A stretch of DNA of 64,000 nt from an uncultured Gemmatimonadales bacterium (GTDB lineage Bacteria > Gemmatimonadota > Gemmatimonadetes > Palauibacterales > Palauibacteraceae). The translations under genes and the position numbers were made by a program. Where the stretch lies: positions 320,001 to 384,000 of the forward strand of contig CAWANJ010000009.1 of assembly GCA_963783385.1 (NCBI GenBank), written 5' to 3'. The notes under the pieces are model-generated. The model was not told the DNA's origin. It did not search any database and saw nothing but the letters and a program-made list of their open reading frames with translations. Numbering within the stretch: the first letter of the stretch is position 1; the number at the start of each line of letters is the position of its first letter. Shown piece by piece: positions 1 to 10,256 of the stretch.

Positions 1-1192
1 GCTCGGCCTGGACATGAAGCTCCAGGACTTCGCGGACTCGACCTTCCCGCCCGACCATCGCGGAGCGGTGGTGGCGGTCGACCCGCACACCGGGGAGGTG
101 CTGCTCTTCTACAGCCACCCCGAGTTCGACCCCAACGCGTTCGTGGGGGGCGTGGACGTGGACACCTGGGTGTCGCTGCGCGACGATCCGGCCAAGCCGC
201 TGCTCAACCGGGTCACCGGTGCGGCCTATCCCCCCGGCTCGACCTTCAAGCCCGTGGTCTCCGCCATCGCGATGCGACGCGGCGTGGTCTCGATCGGCGA
301 CCACATGGACATACCCTGTCGGGGGGCGCTGCGTTACGGGACCCGTGTGTGGCGGTGCTGGAAGCCGGAAGGCCACGGCTCCCTGAGCCTTGCCGAGGCG
401 ATCGAACAGAGTTGCGACGTCTACTTCTACCAGCTGGGCATGAAGCTGGGCCTGGATGCCATGATGGACGGTTCGCACCGGCTCGGCTTCGGCGAACCCA
501 CCGGCATCGACCTCCCGCACGAGGTGGCGGGCTACTTCCCCGCGTCGCGCGAATGGTTCGACCGCCGGTACGGGCCGCGAGGGTGGACCGAGTCGGTGGA
601 CCTGAACCTGGCCATCGGGCAGGGCGAGAACCAGCAGCCGCTGCTGCGCCAGGTCCTGTTCTACGCGGCCCTGGCCACCGGACGCCGGCCGATCGTGCCC
701 CACCTGCGCCGCAGCCGGGCCCTGGAGCGCCGACGGGTCGACTGGTCCCTGGACCTGCCCGATGCCGAGCGCCGCCAGCTGGTGGATGCGCTGGTGAGCG
801 TGGTCAACGATCCGAAGGGGACGGCCCACGCGTGGCGCCTGGAGCGCTGGACCATGGCCGGCAAGACCGGCACCGCGCAGAACCCCCAGGGCGCGCCGCA
901 CTCCTGGTTCGTGGGATTCGCGCCCGCGCAGGACCCCGACATCGTCATCGCGGGGGTGGTGGAGCACGGCCACCCGGACAACGCCGTGTCGCTGGCCGTG
1001 CCCTACGTCTCGGCGATCGTCAAGCGTTACCTGGAGGAGATCCACCCGGCGCCGGCCGACAGCGGCGCGGTGCCGGCGGCGGGCGGGTCAGCGCGTTCAC
1101 CCGGTCCGGCCGCAGGCACCGGGGCCACGCCCGCCGCGGACAGCGAGGGCACCCCGGCCGCAGACACCGGGGCCGCCGGAGGGCGACGGTGA
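1..1192 (+). CDS. mrdA: Penicillin-binding protein 2, C-terminal transpeptidase part (5' truncated by window edge)
   Basis: Motifs GSTFK (SxxK), SCD (SxD as in PBP2) and KTGT; followed by rodA; low-complexity A/P/G/D-S/T tail. Confidence 0.92.
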   Translation, partial: LGLDMKLQDFADSTFPPDHRGAVVAVDPHTGEVLLFYSHPEFDPNAFVGGVDVDTWVSLRDDPAKPLLNRVTGAAYPPGSTFKPVVSAIAMRRGVVSIGDHMDIPCRGALRYGTRVWRCWKPEGHGSLSLAEAIEQSCDVYFYQLGMKLGLDAMMDGSHRLGFGEPTGIDLPHEVAGYFPASREWFDRRYGPRGWTESVDLNLAIGQGENQQPLLRQVLFYAALATGRRPIVPHLRRSRALERRRVDWSLDLPDAERRQLVDALVSVVNDPKGTAHAWRLERWTMAGKTGTAQNPQGAPHSWFVGFAPAQDPDIVIAGVVEHGHPDNAVSLAVPYVSAIVKRYLEEIHPAPADSGAVPAAGGSARSPGPAAGTGATPAADSEGTPAADTGAAGGRR

Positions 1193-2413
1193 GCGAGGGC
1201 GCTCGCTGGCGGGAGCAGGTCGGTGACGTCCAGCTCCTGGGGCTCGCGCTGCTCCTGAGCGCCCTGGGGCTCGCGATGATCTTCTCGGCGGGGCAGGTCG
1301 ACGTCCCGTCCGTGGCCACGGGCATCTGGCGGCGCCAGCTGCTGTGGCTGGCCATAGCGCTGGCGGGGTTCGTGATCGTCTCGCGGGTCCCGCTCCGCTG
1401 GCTCGAGTGGGCTGCCCCGGGCGCCTACGTGGCGGCTCTCGCCCTCCTGTGCATCGTACTGGTCGTGGGCACGGGTCCGGGAGGCACGCGGAGCTGGATC
1501 AACCTCGGTCCGGCGCGACTTCAGCCAGCCGAATTCGCCAAGCTGGCCACCATCCTGCTCCTCGCCAGGACCGTGTCGGGCAACGGTACCCCCGCCAGTC
1601 GACTGATCGAGCTCTGGAAGCCCGTCCTCGTGGTGCTGGTCCCCATGGTCCTCGTGCTCGCGCAGCCCGACCTGGGCAGCGCCATCATCTTTGGCGTGAT
1701 CCTCATCGCGGCGCTGTACTGGGCGGGTGTGCCGCTGGCGACGCTGTTCCTCCTGGTCAGCCCGGGCGTCAGCCTGCTGCTTGGCTTCTCGGCGGTCGTG
1801 TGGGGCGTGTGGATCGTCGTGCTGGCCGCCTTCCTGTACGTGCACCGGCCGTACCTCAGCGAGTCCCTGGCCGTCCTGGCGGCCAACGTGGCGACGGGTG
1901 CGCTGACGCTGCCCCTGTGGTCCAGGCTGGAGCCCTACCAGCAGGACCGGCTGCTCGTCTTCCTGAACCCCGATGCCGATCCCCGGGGCTCGGGCTGGCA
2001 CCTGGTCCAATCCAAGGTGGCCATCGGCTCGGGCGGACTGCTGGGCCAGGGGTACCTGCACGGCCCGCAGAAGCGCCTCGCCTTCCTTCCCGAGCAGCAC
2101 ACCGACTTCATCTTCTCCGTGGTGGGAGAGGAGCTCGGCTTCATCGGCGTGGTGGTCTTCCTGGCCCTGCTCGGCTGGTTCCTGGGGCGTACCCTCGCCG
2201 ACGCGCGGGAAGCGCCGAACGAGTTCGGCGGCACGGTCGTCTTCTGCCTGTTCGGCGTGTGGTTCGCACACCTCGTGATCAATGTGGGTATGACCGTGGG
2301 GCTCATGCCGATCACGGGTCTCCCGCTCCCGTTCTTGAGCTACGGAGGGAGCTTCCTCGTGTCGGTGTGGGCGGGCCTGGCCATGGTGGAGCGGGTGGCG
2401 GCCGAGAGCTCGA
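1189..2413 (+). CDS. rodA: Rod shape-determining SEDS glycosyltransferase RodA (as sequenced the ORF runs on to 2838; probable true stop ~2410-2413)
   Basis: GTG overlaps mrdA TGA; SEDS motifs QPAEFAK, QPDLG, LPEQHTDFIF, GLPLPFLSYGGS; homology ends at VERVAAES, where AGC TCG ATG becomes AGC TGA if one C is removed. Confidence 0.9.
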
Positions 2414-2480
2414 TGTCGCCCGACGCCCGGCGGGCCGGTTATATTCCGCCGCGCCACTCCCGACTCGCACGAGAGGAACC

Positions 2481-3314
2481 ATGTCCTGGTTCAAGAAGCC
2501 GAAGCAGAAGATCACCTCGCAGAAGCGCGAGCTCCCACCGGACGTGTGGGAGAAGTGCGATGGCTGCGGAGAGATCCTCTACAGCGGCCGACTGGCCGAG
2601 AATCACCACGTGTGCCCGTCCTGCGGTCATCACTTCCGGATCGGCGCGCTCGCCTACGTGGACCTCCTGCTGGACGAAGGCTTCGAGGAGGAGTTCGACA
2701 CCGGTCTGCGCTCGGCCGATCCGCTCGGCTTCGTCGACTCGAAGAGCTACCGGGACCGGATCGAGGCGGCCAGCGAGGAAGTGGGACCGGAGGATGCTAT
2801 CCGGACCGGCTCCGGTCGGGTGGACGGACGGCAGGTGAAGCTGGGGGCGATGGAATTCCGCTTCATCGGCGGCTCCATGGGGTCGGTCGTCGGGGAGAAG
2901 ATCCGCAGGCTGGCCGAGCGCGCCGTGGACGAGAGAGACCCGCTGATCATCGTGTCGGCCTCGGGTGGGGCCCGTATGCAGGAGGGGATCTACTCGCTGA
3001 TGCAGATGGCCAAGACGTCGGTCGCCCTCGGTCGTGTCGCCGATGCCGGTCTTCCCTTCCTGAGCATCCTGACGCATCCGACGACCGGCGGCGTCACGGC
3101 CAGCTACGCCATGCTGGGGGACGTCATCCTGGCCGAGCCCGGCGCCCTCATCGGCTTCGCGGGGCCCAGAGTGATCCGCGAGACGATCCGCCAGGACCTT
3201 CCGGAGGGCTTCCAGCGCTCCGAGTTCCTGCTCGAGCACGGGATGGTGGATCAGATCGTTGCTCGCGGCGAGCTCAAGGAGACGGTGAGCGTCCTCCTCG
3301 GCCACATGTGCTGA
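2481..3314 (+). CDS. accD: Acetyl-CoA carboxylase carboxyltransferase beta subunit
   Basis: RBS GAGAGGAA before ATG 2481; CxxC..CxxC zinc finger, GGSMGSVVGEK, SGGARMQEG, PTTGGVTAS. Confidence 0.95.
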   Translation: MSWFKKPKQKITSQKRELPPDVWEKCDGCGEILYSGRLAENHHVCPSCGHHFRIGALAYVDLLLDEGFEEEFDTGLRSADPLGFVDSKSYRDRIEAASEEVGPEDAIRTGSGRVDGRQVKLGAMEFRFIGGSMGSVVGEKIRRLAERAVDERDPLIIVSASGGARMQEGIYSLMQMAKTSVALGRVADAGLPFLSILTHPTTGGVTASYAMLGDVILAEPGALIGFAGPRVIRETIRQDLPEGFQRSEFLLEHGMVDQIVARGELKETVSVLLGHMC

Positions 3315-4606
3315 GCCGTCCCACCGTCCCCGGCGTCCGTACCGTGAGCGCCGTCGAGCAACTCCTCGGCTCCCGTCCCCTCACGACCATGCGCTGGGGG
3401 CTCGACCGGACCCGGGACCTCCTGGCCGCCCTGGATCATCCCGAGACCGCCTTCCGGGCCGTCCACGTGGGAGGCACGAACGGGAAGGGCTCGGCGTCCG
3501 CCTCGATCGAGGCGGTCCTGCGGGAGAGCGGGCACGTCACCGGCCTGTATACCTCTCCCCACCTGTTCCGCGTCGAGGAGCGGATCCGGGTCTCGGGCCG
3601 ACCGGCTTCCGCCGATCTCCTCGAGCGCTGCGCCGAACAGCTCCTGCGCGTCTCGGAGGGCTCGAGCGCCACCTACTTCGAGGTGCTCACCGTGCTCGGC
3701 TTCCTGGCCTTCGCCGAAGCGGGCGTCGAGTGGGCGGTCGTCGAGGTCGGTCTGGGCGGCCGTCTGGATGCCACCAACGTGCTCTCGCCCGAGGCTTGCG
3801 CGCTCACGAGCGTGGCGCTCGAGCATACCGCGTGGCTGGGGGACACTCTCTCCGAGGTCGCCGGAGAGAAGGCGGGCATCTTCAAGCCGGGCGTGCCGGC
3901 GGCGCTGGGACCGCTCCCGGACGAGGCGCTGGCGGTCGCCGAGGCGCGGGCCGCGAAGGTGGGTTCCCCGCTCCTCCGGCTCGGGCGGGACGCCACGGTT
4001 CGGGACGTCACGGTCGACGGGGCCGGTACGTCCTTCCTCTACACCTCCGCGGCTCGGCCCGGCGGACTCAGGGTGAGGGTCCCGCTCCCCGGGATCCACC
4101 AGGCTTTCAACGTGGGGACAGGGCTCCTGGCGCTCGAGGCGCTGCCCCTGTCGCTTTCCGATGAGATCGTGCGGTCCGGCCTGGCCGCGGTTCACTGGAG
4201 AGGTCGCTTCGAGATGCTGGAGGGGCCGGGCGGGAGCTGCGTGGTGGACGTGGCCCACAATCCCGCCGGCATCGCGACTCTGCTCGACACGCTGCGGCGC
4301 GTCGCCCCCCCTCGGCCCTGGGTGGTCGTGTTCGCGGTCCTGTCGGACAAGGACTGGCGCTCCATGCTGGGGGCGGTGCGCGACGCGGGTCTACAGGCGG
4401 TGCTCACGCAGGCGGGGTCGGCACCGGCGGAGCGCCGGTGGGACCCCGCCGCCGCGCACGGCGAGATGCCGGGCACCACGCTGGTGCCGGAGCTCGAGGA
4501 GGCGCTGGGGCGGGCTCGCGAACTCGCCGGCCCCGGCACGGTAGTAGTAGCTGGCTCGTGCCACACCGTGGCCGAAGCCCTTGACGCGCTCGACGCCGGC
4601 GACTGA
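3308..4606 (+). CDS. folC: Bifunctional folylpolyglutamate/dihydrofolate synthase (start 3308 or 3344)
   Basis: HVGGTNGKGS, YTSPHL, EVGLGGRLDATN, DVAHNP; accD-folC synteny. Confidence 0.92.
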   Translation: MLSRPTVPGVRTVSAVEQLLGSRPLTTMRWGLDRTRDLLAALDHPETAFRAVHVGGTNGKGSASASIEAVLRESGHVTGLYTSPHLFRVEERIRVSGRPASADLLERCAEQLLRVSEGSSATYFEVLTVLGFLAFAEAGVEWAVVEVGLGGRLDATNVLSPEACALTSVALEHTAWLGDTLSEVAGEKAGIFKPGVPAALGPLPDEALAVAEARAAKVGSPLLRLGRDATVRDVTVDGAGTSFLYTSAARPGGLRVRVPLPGIHQAFNVGTGLLALEALPLSLSDEIVRSGLAAVHWRGRFEMLEGPGGSCVVDVAHNPAGIATLLDTLRRVAPPRPWVVVFAVLSDKDWRSMLGAVRDAGLQAVLTQAGSAPAERRWDPAAAHGEMPGTTLVPELEEALGRARELAGPGTVVVAGSCHTVAEALDALDAGD

Positions 4607-4630
4607 GGAACCGAGTCAGGGAGGAAGCCC

Positions 4631-5059
4631 ATGCGATACGACCCGAGGCTGGTGCAGCCGATGCGGGAGGAGCTGACGAGGATCGGCGTGCGGGAGCTGC
4701 GCACGCCCGAGGAGGTGGACGAGGTGCTGGGCGCGGGAGAAGGCTCCGTGCTGGTGGTGGTGAACTCGGTGTGTGGGTGCGCCGCCCGTAACGCGAGGCC
4801 CGCGGTGACGCTGGCCGCGAGCCACGACGCCCGTCCGGACCGCATGGTCACCGTGTTCGCGGGCATGGACCTCGAGGCGACCGAGCGGGCCCGGTCGTAT
4901 TTCACCGGCTACCGGCCGTCGTCGCCGTCGCTCGCGCTCCTCAGGGACGGCGAGCTCGTGTTCATGCTCGAACGGCACCAGATCGAGGGACGCGAGGCGG
5001 CGGCGATCGCGGCCGACCTCACGGACGCCTTCGACCGCTGGTGTGGTGCCGTGGCCTGA
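4631..5059 (+). CDS. BrxA/BrxB (YphP/YqiW) family bacilliredoxin
   Basis: VNSVCGCAA (CGC motif), TVFAGMD, PSSPS, ERHQIEGR. Confidence 0.88.
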   Translation: MRYDPRLVQPMREELTRIGVRELRTPEEVDEVLGAGEGSVLVVVNSVCGCAARNARPAVTLAASHDARPDRMVTVFAGMDLEATERARSYFTGYRPSSPSLALLRDGELVFMLERHQIEGREAAAIAADLTDAFDRWCGAVA

Positions 5060-5099
5060 CGTCGGCGCGCCCTCCGATTCCCCCGCTCGGGGGCGGTCC

Positions 5100-5131
5100 A
5101 GCCGGCCGGAGGTAGCCTCCGGCCGGCTTTT
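5100..5131 (+). terminator. Intrinsic terminator after bacilliredoxin
   Basis: AGCCGGCCGGAGG-TAG-CCTCCGGCCGGCT perfect 13-bp stem followed by T run. Confidence 0.8.
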
Positions 5132-5133
5132 GC

Positions 5134-5163
5134 TTGCCGCCCTCGCTCGCCGCCGCCTACATT
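5134..5163 (+). promoter_or_regulatory. Putative sigma70 promoter of hisS (near-leaderless)
   Basis: TTGCCG-18nt-TACATT, 9 nt before ATG 5173; no SD in between. Confidence 0.5.
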
Positions 5164-5172
5164 CGGCGTTCT

Positions 5173-6453
5173 ATGGATATCAGCAGCTTGCCCGGCTTCC
5201 GGGAGTTCTTTCCCGAGGACATGGCCCTCCGGCGCCACATCTTCCGCGTGTGGCGGGAGGTGGCGGAACGGTATGGATTCGTGGAGTACGACGGCCCCCC
5301 GCTGGAGCCTCTCGAGCTGTACACCCGCAAGTCGGGCGAGGAGATCATCGGTCAACTGTACGCGTTCACGGACCGGGGCGAGCGCGAGGTCGCGCTCCGG
5401 CCCGAGATGACTCCGACTTTCGCCCGCATGGTCTCGGCGCGGGCCGCGGCGCTCCCCAAGCCGATCAAGTGGTTCTCGATCCCGCAGCTGTTTCGCTACG
5501 AGCGCCCGCAGCGCGGGCGGACGAGGGAGCACTTCCAGCTCAACCTCGACATCGTGGGCGAGGCGGACGTGATCGCGGACGCGGAGCTGGTGGCGGCGGC
5601 CGTCGACATGCTTCGGGCGTTCGGGCTCGGCCCGGACGACTTCGTTGCCCGGGTCTCGGATCGGCGGCTCGTGCGGGCCGTTCTGATCCAGTGTGGCGTC
5701 CCCGAGGAGGGACTGCTGGACGCCTTCGAGGCGCTCGACAAGGCCGACCGGGAGCCCGAGGCGAAGACGACTGAGAAGCTGGTGGCCGCCGGCGCGGACG
5801 GAAAGGGCGCCCGGCGCATCCTGGCTCTCGGCGAGCTGTCGCTGCGCGAGGTGGTCGAGGCCTACGGCGAGGCCAGCGACGTGCTCGAGGCGGCGGGCCG
5901 GCTGGAGCGCTTCTTCGGGCACCTGGACGCCTTCGGCCTGGGCGGGTTCGCCGAGTTCGACGCCGGCCTCGTGCGTGGTCTGGCCTACTACACCGGCCTC
6001 GTGTTCGAGCTGTGGGATCGGCGCGGCGAGCTACGCGCCATCTGCGGCGGCGGACGCTACGACGACCTGCTGGCCGCCCTCGGCGGCACGGACCTGCCCG
6101 CGCTCGGATTCGGCATGGGAGACGTGGTGTTGGGCGAGCTGCTGCGCGAGCGGGATCTCGTGCCCCCGGTGGCTCCGGCGGTCGAGGACTTCGTGGTGTT
6201 CGTGTCGGATGCGGAGCGGGACCTGGCGTTGCGCCTGGTCCGAGCGCTGCGCTCCCGGGGACGGAGAGTGGGATTCGACTACAGGGGTCGCAGCGTGGGA
6301 CGGCAGTTCAAGGCGGCCGATCAGGCGGGAGCCTCGCGTGCCCTGGTGCTCGGCCCCGACGAGTTGGCCCGCGGCGTGGTGGTGGTTCGAAGCATGGAGA
6401 CGGGGGGCGAGGAGGAGATGCCGCTCTCCCCCCTCCTGGACGAACGGGAGTGA
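5173..6453 (+). CDS. hisS: Histidine--tRNA ligase
   Basis: LRPEMT, FRYERPQRGR, RGLAYYTG, GGGRYD; C-terminal anticodon domain. Confidence 0.95.
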   Translation: MDISSLPGFREFFPEDMALRRHIFRVWREVAERYGFVEYDGPPLEPLELYTRKSGEEIIGQLYAFTDRGEREVALRPEMTPTFARMVSARAAALPKPIKWFSIPQLFRYERPQRGRTREHFQLNLDIVGEADVIADAELVAAAVDMLRAFGLGPDDFVARVSDRRLVRAVLIQCGVPEEGLLDAFEALDKADREPEAKTTEKLVAAGADGKGARRILALGELSLREVVEAYGEASDVLEAAGRLERFFGHLDAFGLGGFAEFDAGLVRGLAYYTGLVFELWDRRGELRAICGGGRYDDLLAALGGTDLPALGFGMGDVVLGELLRERDLVPPVAPAVEDFVVFVSDAERDLALRLVRALRSRGRRVGFDYRGRSVGRQFKAADQAGASRALVLGPDELARGVVVVRSMETGGEEEMPLSPLLDERE

Positions 6454-6454
6454 C

Positions 6455-7915
6455 ATGGCGGAAGACACACGGCTGACGCCGCAGTCCGAGGACTTCTCGG
6501 CGTGGTACAACGAGATCGTGCAGCAGGCCGAGCTGGCCGGGCACTCGCCCGTGCGCGGCTGCATGGTCATTCGTCCGTATGGCTACCGGATCTGGGAGCT
6601 GATGCAGGGCGACCTGGACGCGCGCTTCAAGCGTACCGGTCATCAGAACGCCTACTTCCCGCTCTTCCTCCCACAGTCGGCGCTCGAGAAGGAGGCACAG
6701 CACGTGGAGGGCTTCGCTCCGGAGACCGCCGTGGTGACCCACGGAGGAGGCAAGGAGCTCGAGGAGCCGCTAATCGTGCGCCCGACGTCCGAGGCGATCA
6801 TCTGGCCCATCGTGGCCGACTGGATCCAGTCCTACCGGGACCTGCCCATGCTCCTGAACCAGTGGGCCAACGTGGTTCGCTGGGAGCTGAGGACGCGCCC
6901 CTTCCTGCGCACGACCGAGTTCCTGTGGCAGGAGGGTCACACGGCGCACGCCACGGCCGAGGAGGCGCTCGAGGAGACGCGGCGCATGCTGGGCGTCTAC
7001 CGCGCCTTCATGGAGGAGACCATGGCCATGCCGGTCGTGACCGGGGAGAAGACCGCCAGCGAGCGGTTCGCCGGTGCGGAGCGCACCTTCGCGACCGAAG
7101 CCCTCATGCGGGACAACCGCGCGCTCCAGGCCGGGACCAGCCACTACCTGGGCCAGAACTTCGCCCGGGCCTTCGGGGTCCAGTTCCAGACGGAACAGGG
7201 CGAGCACGACTACGTGTTCAACACCTCGTGGGGCGTGTCCACGCGGCTGGTGGGCGGCCTCATCATGACGCACGGGGATGACCAGGGGCTGGTCGTGCCC
7301 CCCCGGCTCGCGCCCCACCAGGTGGTGGTGGTACCGATCTGGAAGGACGAGGACCAGCGCGTACTCGTGCTCGAGGCCGCCGAGCGCCTCTACTCGGTCC
7401 TCTCCGGGGAGCTACGGGTCCACGTGGACGCGCGCGACACCCTCAACCCCGGCGCCAAGTTCTACGAGTGGGAGCGCAAGGGCGTGCCGCTCCGCGTCGA
7501 GATCGGACCGCGTGACGTGGCCAAGCAGCAGGTAGTGGCCGTGCGCCGTTTCACGCCCGAAGGCGAGGAGCGCAAGCGCTTCCTGGGCGAGGCCGAGGCC
7601 ATCGCCGCCCTTCCCCGGCTGGTCGACGCGATCCAGGACGAGCTCCTGGAGGCCGCCCTGCAGCGTCGGGAGGCCCACTCGGTACGGGGCCTGGATGACT
7701 ACGAAGCGTTCCGAGAGCGGATGGAGGGCGAAGGCGGATTCGTGTACGCCGGCTGGTGTGGCTCGGAGGCGTGCGAGGCGAAGGGCAAGGAGGACACGGG
7801 CGCCACCATCCGCGTCCTCCCCGACGAAGAGTTTCGCTCCGATCCGTCGCCCCGGCGCTGCCTGGTGTGCGGAGAGATCGCCGCGGACGAGGCCCTGTGG
7901 GCCCGGGCCTATTGA
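6455..7915 (+). CDS. proS: Proline--tRNA ligase (archaeal/eukaryote-like type with C-terminal Zn domain)
   Basis: [42 protein letters not shown]-terminal ..ARAY. Confidence 0.95.
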   Translation: MAEDTRLTPQSEDFSAWYNEIVQQAELAGHSPVRGCMVIRPYGYRIWELMQGDLDARFKRTGHQNAYFPLFLPQSALEKEAQHVEGFAPETAVVTHGGGKELEEPLIVRPTSEAIIWPIVADWIQSYRDLPMLLNQWANVVRWELRTRPFLRTTEFLWQEGHTAHATAEEALEETRRMLGVYRAFMEETMAMPVVTGEKTASERFAGAERTFATEALMRDNRALQAGTSHYLGQNFARAFGVQFQTEQGEHDYVFNTSWGVSTRLVGGLIMTHGDDQGLVVPPRLAPHQVVVVPIWKDEDQRVLVLEAAERLYSVLSGELRVHVDARDTLNPGAKFYEWERKGVPLRVEIGPRDVAKQQVVAVRRFTPEGEERKRFLGEAEAIAALPRLVDAIQDELLEAALQRREAHSVRGLDDYEAFRERMEGEGGFVYAGWCGSEACEAKGKEDTGATIRVLPDEEFRSDPSPRRCLVCGEIAADEALWARAY

Positions 7916-7928
7916 AGGGGAGTCGCGC

Positions 7929-9473
7929 GTGACCGACCGCATTCTCATCCTCGACTACGGGTCCCAGTTCACGCGGCTCATCGCCCGCCGCATTCGGGAA
8001 CAGCGGGTCTACTGCGAGATCCACGGACCCGACCGCACGCCGGAGTGGGTGCGCGAGTGGGGTCCGGCCGGGATCATCCTTTCGGGCGGTCCGGCCAGCG
8101 TCTACGACGAGGGAGTGCCGGACATCGATTCGGGTCTCCTGGAGCTCGACCTCCCGGTGCTGGGCATCTGTTACGGCATGGGGCTCCTGGCACGGTGGGC
8201 GGGTGGGCGCGTGGTCGGCGGGGCGCGACGGGAGTACGGGCGCGCCGAGATGGAGATCCGCGATCCCGACCGCCTGTTCAGGGGATTCGGTCCGGGCGAG
8301 ACGACGACCGTGTGGATGAGTCACGGGGACCACGTCGAGACGGCGCCCGAGGGCTTCGAGGTCCTGGCCGGGACCGAGAGCCTCCCCGTGGCCGCCTTCC
8401 GGCACGCGACCCGGGAGATCTACGGTGTCCAGTTCCATCCCGAGGTGGCTCACACGACCCGCGGCGAGGAGATCCTCGAGAACTTCGTGTTCGGCATCTG
8501 CGGCTGCGCCGGCGAATGGACCCCGGGCAGCATCGTGGACTCGCGCGTGGAGGCGATCCGGGAGCAGGTGGGCCCGGAGGCGGCCGCGATCTGCGGCCTG
8601 TCGGGAGGGGTCGACTCGTCGGTGGCCGCGGCGCTCGTCCACCGCGCGATCGGGGATCGACTCACCTGCATCTTCGTGGACACGGGCTTGCTCCGGAAGG
8701 GTGAGCGCGAGTCGGTCCAGCGGGTGTTCGGAGAGCACCTCGGGTTCCGGCTCGAGGTGGTGGACGCCGCGGCGCGCTTCCTGGAGCGCCTGCGCGGCAT
8801 CGAGGACCCGGAGGAGAAGCGGATCCGCATCGGTCACACCTTCATCGACGTGTTCGAGGAGGCGGCTCGCCGCCACGGTGACGCCCGCTATCTGGTGCAG
8901 GGCACGCTGTACCCGGACGTGATCGAGTCCACCTCGGTGAGCGGACCGTCGGCCACGATCAAGTCGCACCACAACGTGGGAGGGCTCCGGCCCGACCACC
9001 CGTTCGAGCTCGTCGAGCCGCTACGGGAGCTGTTCAAGGACGAAGTGCGAGCCGTGGGACGGGAGCTGGGACTCCCCGAGGAGATGGTGGGTCGCCACCC
9101 CTTCCCGGGCCCCGGTCTGGCGATTCGCATCCTGGGGGAAGTGACCGCCGATCGGCTCGAGACGCTGCGGGCCGCCGACGCCATCTACCTCGAGGAGATC
9201 CGGGCCGCGGAGCTGTACGACGAGATCTGGCAGGCGTTCGCCGTGCATCTCCCGGTGCGGTCGGTGGGCGTGATGGGAGACGCGCGCACCTACGAGAACG
9301 TGGTCGCCCTGCGGGCCGTGACCAGCCGGGACGGGATGACGGCCGACTGGTACCCGATGCCCTACGAGGTGCTGGGGCGTACCGCGTCCCGCCTGATCAA
9401 CGAGGTCCCGGGCGTCAACCGGGTGGTGTACGACGTGTCGTCCAAGCCCCCGGCCACGATCGAGTGGGAGTGA
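7929..9473 (+). CDS. guaA: GMP synthase (glutamine-hydrolysing)
   Basis: [41 protein letters not shown]. Confidence 0.97.
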   Translation: MTDRILILDYGSQFTRLIARRIREQRVYCEIHGPDRTPEWVREWGPAGIILSGGPASVYDEGVPDIDSGLLELDLPVLGICYGMGLLARWAGGRVVGGARREYGRAEMEIRDPDRLFRGFGPGETTTVWMSHGDHVETAPEGFEVLAGTESLPVAAFRHATREIYGVQFHPEVAHTTRGEEILENFVFGICGCAGEWTPGSIVDSRVEAIREQVGPEAAAICGLSGGVDSSVAAALVHRAIGDRLTCIFVDTGLLRKGERESVQRVFGEHLGFRLEVVDAAARFLERLRGIEDPEEKRIRIGHTFIDVFEEAARRHGDARYLVQGTLYPDVIESTSVSGPSATIKSHHNVGGLRPDHPFELVEPLRELFKDEVRAVGRELGLPEEMVGRHPFPGPGLAIRILGEVTADRLETLRAADAIYLEEIRAAELYDEIWQAFAVHLPVRSVGVMGDARTYENVVALRAVTSRDGMTADWYPMPYEVLGRTASRLINEVPGVNRVVYDVSSKPPATIEWE

Positions 9474-9495
9474 GGCCTTCGACCGGGAGGATCCC

Positions 9496-10254
9496 ATGGC
9501 CGAGCTGAAGGAGCTGGTCGAGTACCTGGACCGCTACCTGCGCGTGGCGGAGATCCCGGACTACGCCGGAGCCTACAACGGTCTCCAGGTGGCCAGTCGC
9601 TCGCCGGTGGACCGGATCGCGGCCGCGGTCGACGCGTGCCAGGAGACGATCGAGGCGGCCGTGGGGCAGGGGGCGCAGCTCCTCGTCGTGCACCACGGGC
9701 TGTTCTGGGGCGATCCGCTGCCCGTCACCGGTCGCAGCTACCGGAGGCTCCGCGCCCTGTTCGAGGCCGACCTGGCCGTGTACTCGGCACACCTGCCCCT
9801 GGACGTGCACCCGCGCGTGGGCAACAACGTGCTCCTCGCCGGCGCCCTCGGGTTCCCGGTGGAGGGCCGGTTCGGGACGCACGAGGGCCTGGAGGGCCTC
9901 GGCGTGTGGACGGCCGCCGACCTGCCGCGGGAGAAGCTCGCCGAGCGGCTGGAAAAGGCCTGCGGCGCGCCTCCGGTCGTCGTTCCGGGCGGTCCGGCCC
10001 ACGTGCGGCGGCTGGGCATCGTGACCGGAGCGGCCGCCTCGCTCCTCCCGCAGGCACGGGCGGAGGGGCTGGACACCTTCATCACCGGCGAAGGGTCCCA
10101 CCACACCTACCACGACGCCATGGAGTGGGGGATGAATCTCGTGTACGCGGGGCACTACGCCACCGAGACCTTCGGGGTGCGGGCGCTGGCCGGGCACCTG
10201 GCCGAGGAGTACGGCCTCGAGTGGAGCTTCCTGGACAACCCGACCGGGTTGTAG
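9496..10254 (+). CDS. Nif3-like dinuclear metal-centre protein
   Basis: NGLQV, HHGLFW, HLPLD.H, GHYATE, DNPTGL. Confidence 0.9.
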   Translation: MAELKELVEYLDRYLRVAEIPDYAGAYNGLQVASRSPVDRIAAAVDACQETIEAAVGQGAQLLVVHHGLFWGDPLPVTGRSYRRLRALFEADLAVYSAHLPLDVHPRVGNNVLLAGALGFPVEGRFGTHEGLEGLGVWTAADLPREKLAERLEKACGAPPVVVPGGPAHVRRLGIVTGAAASLLPQARAEGLDTFITGEGSHHTYHDAMEWGMNLVYAGHYATETFGVRALAGHLAEEYGLEWSFLDNPTGL

Positions 10255-10256
10255 CC

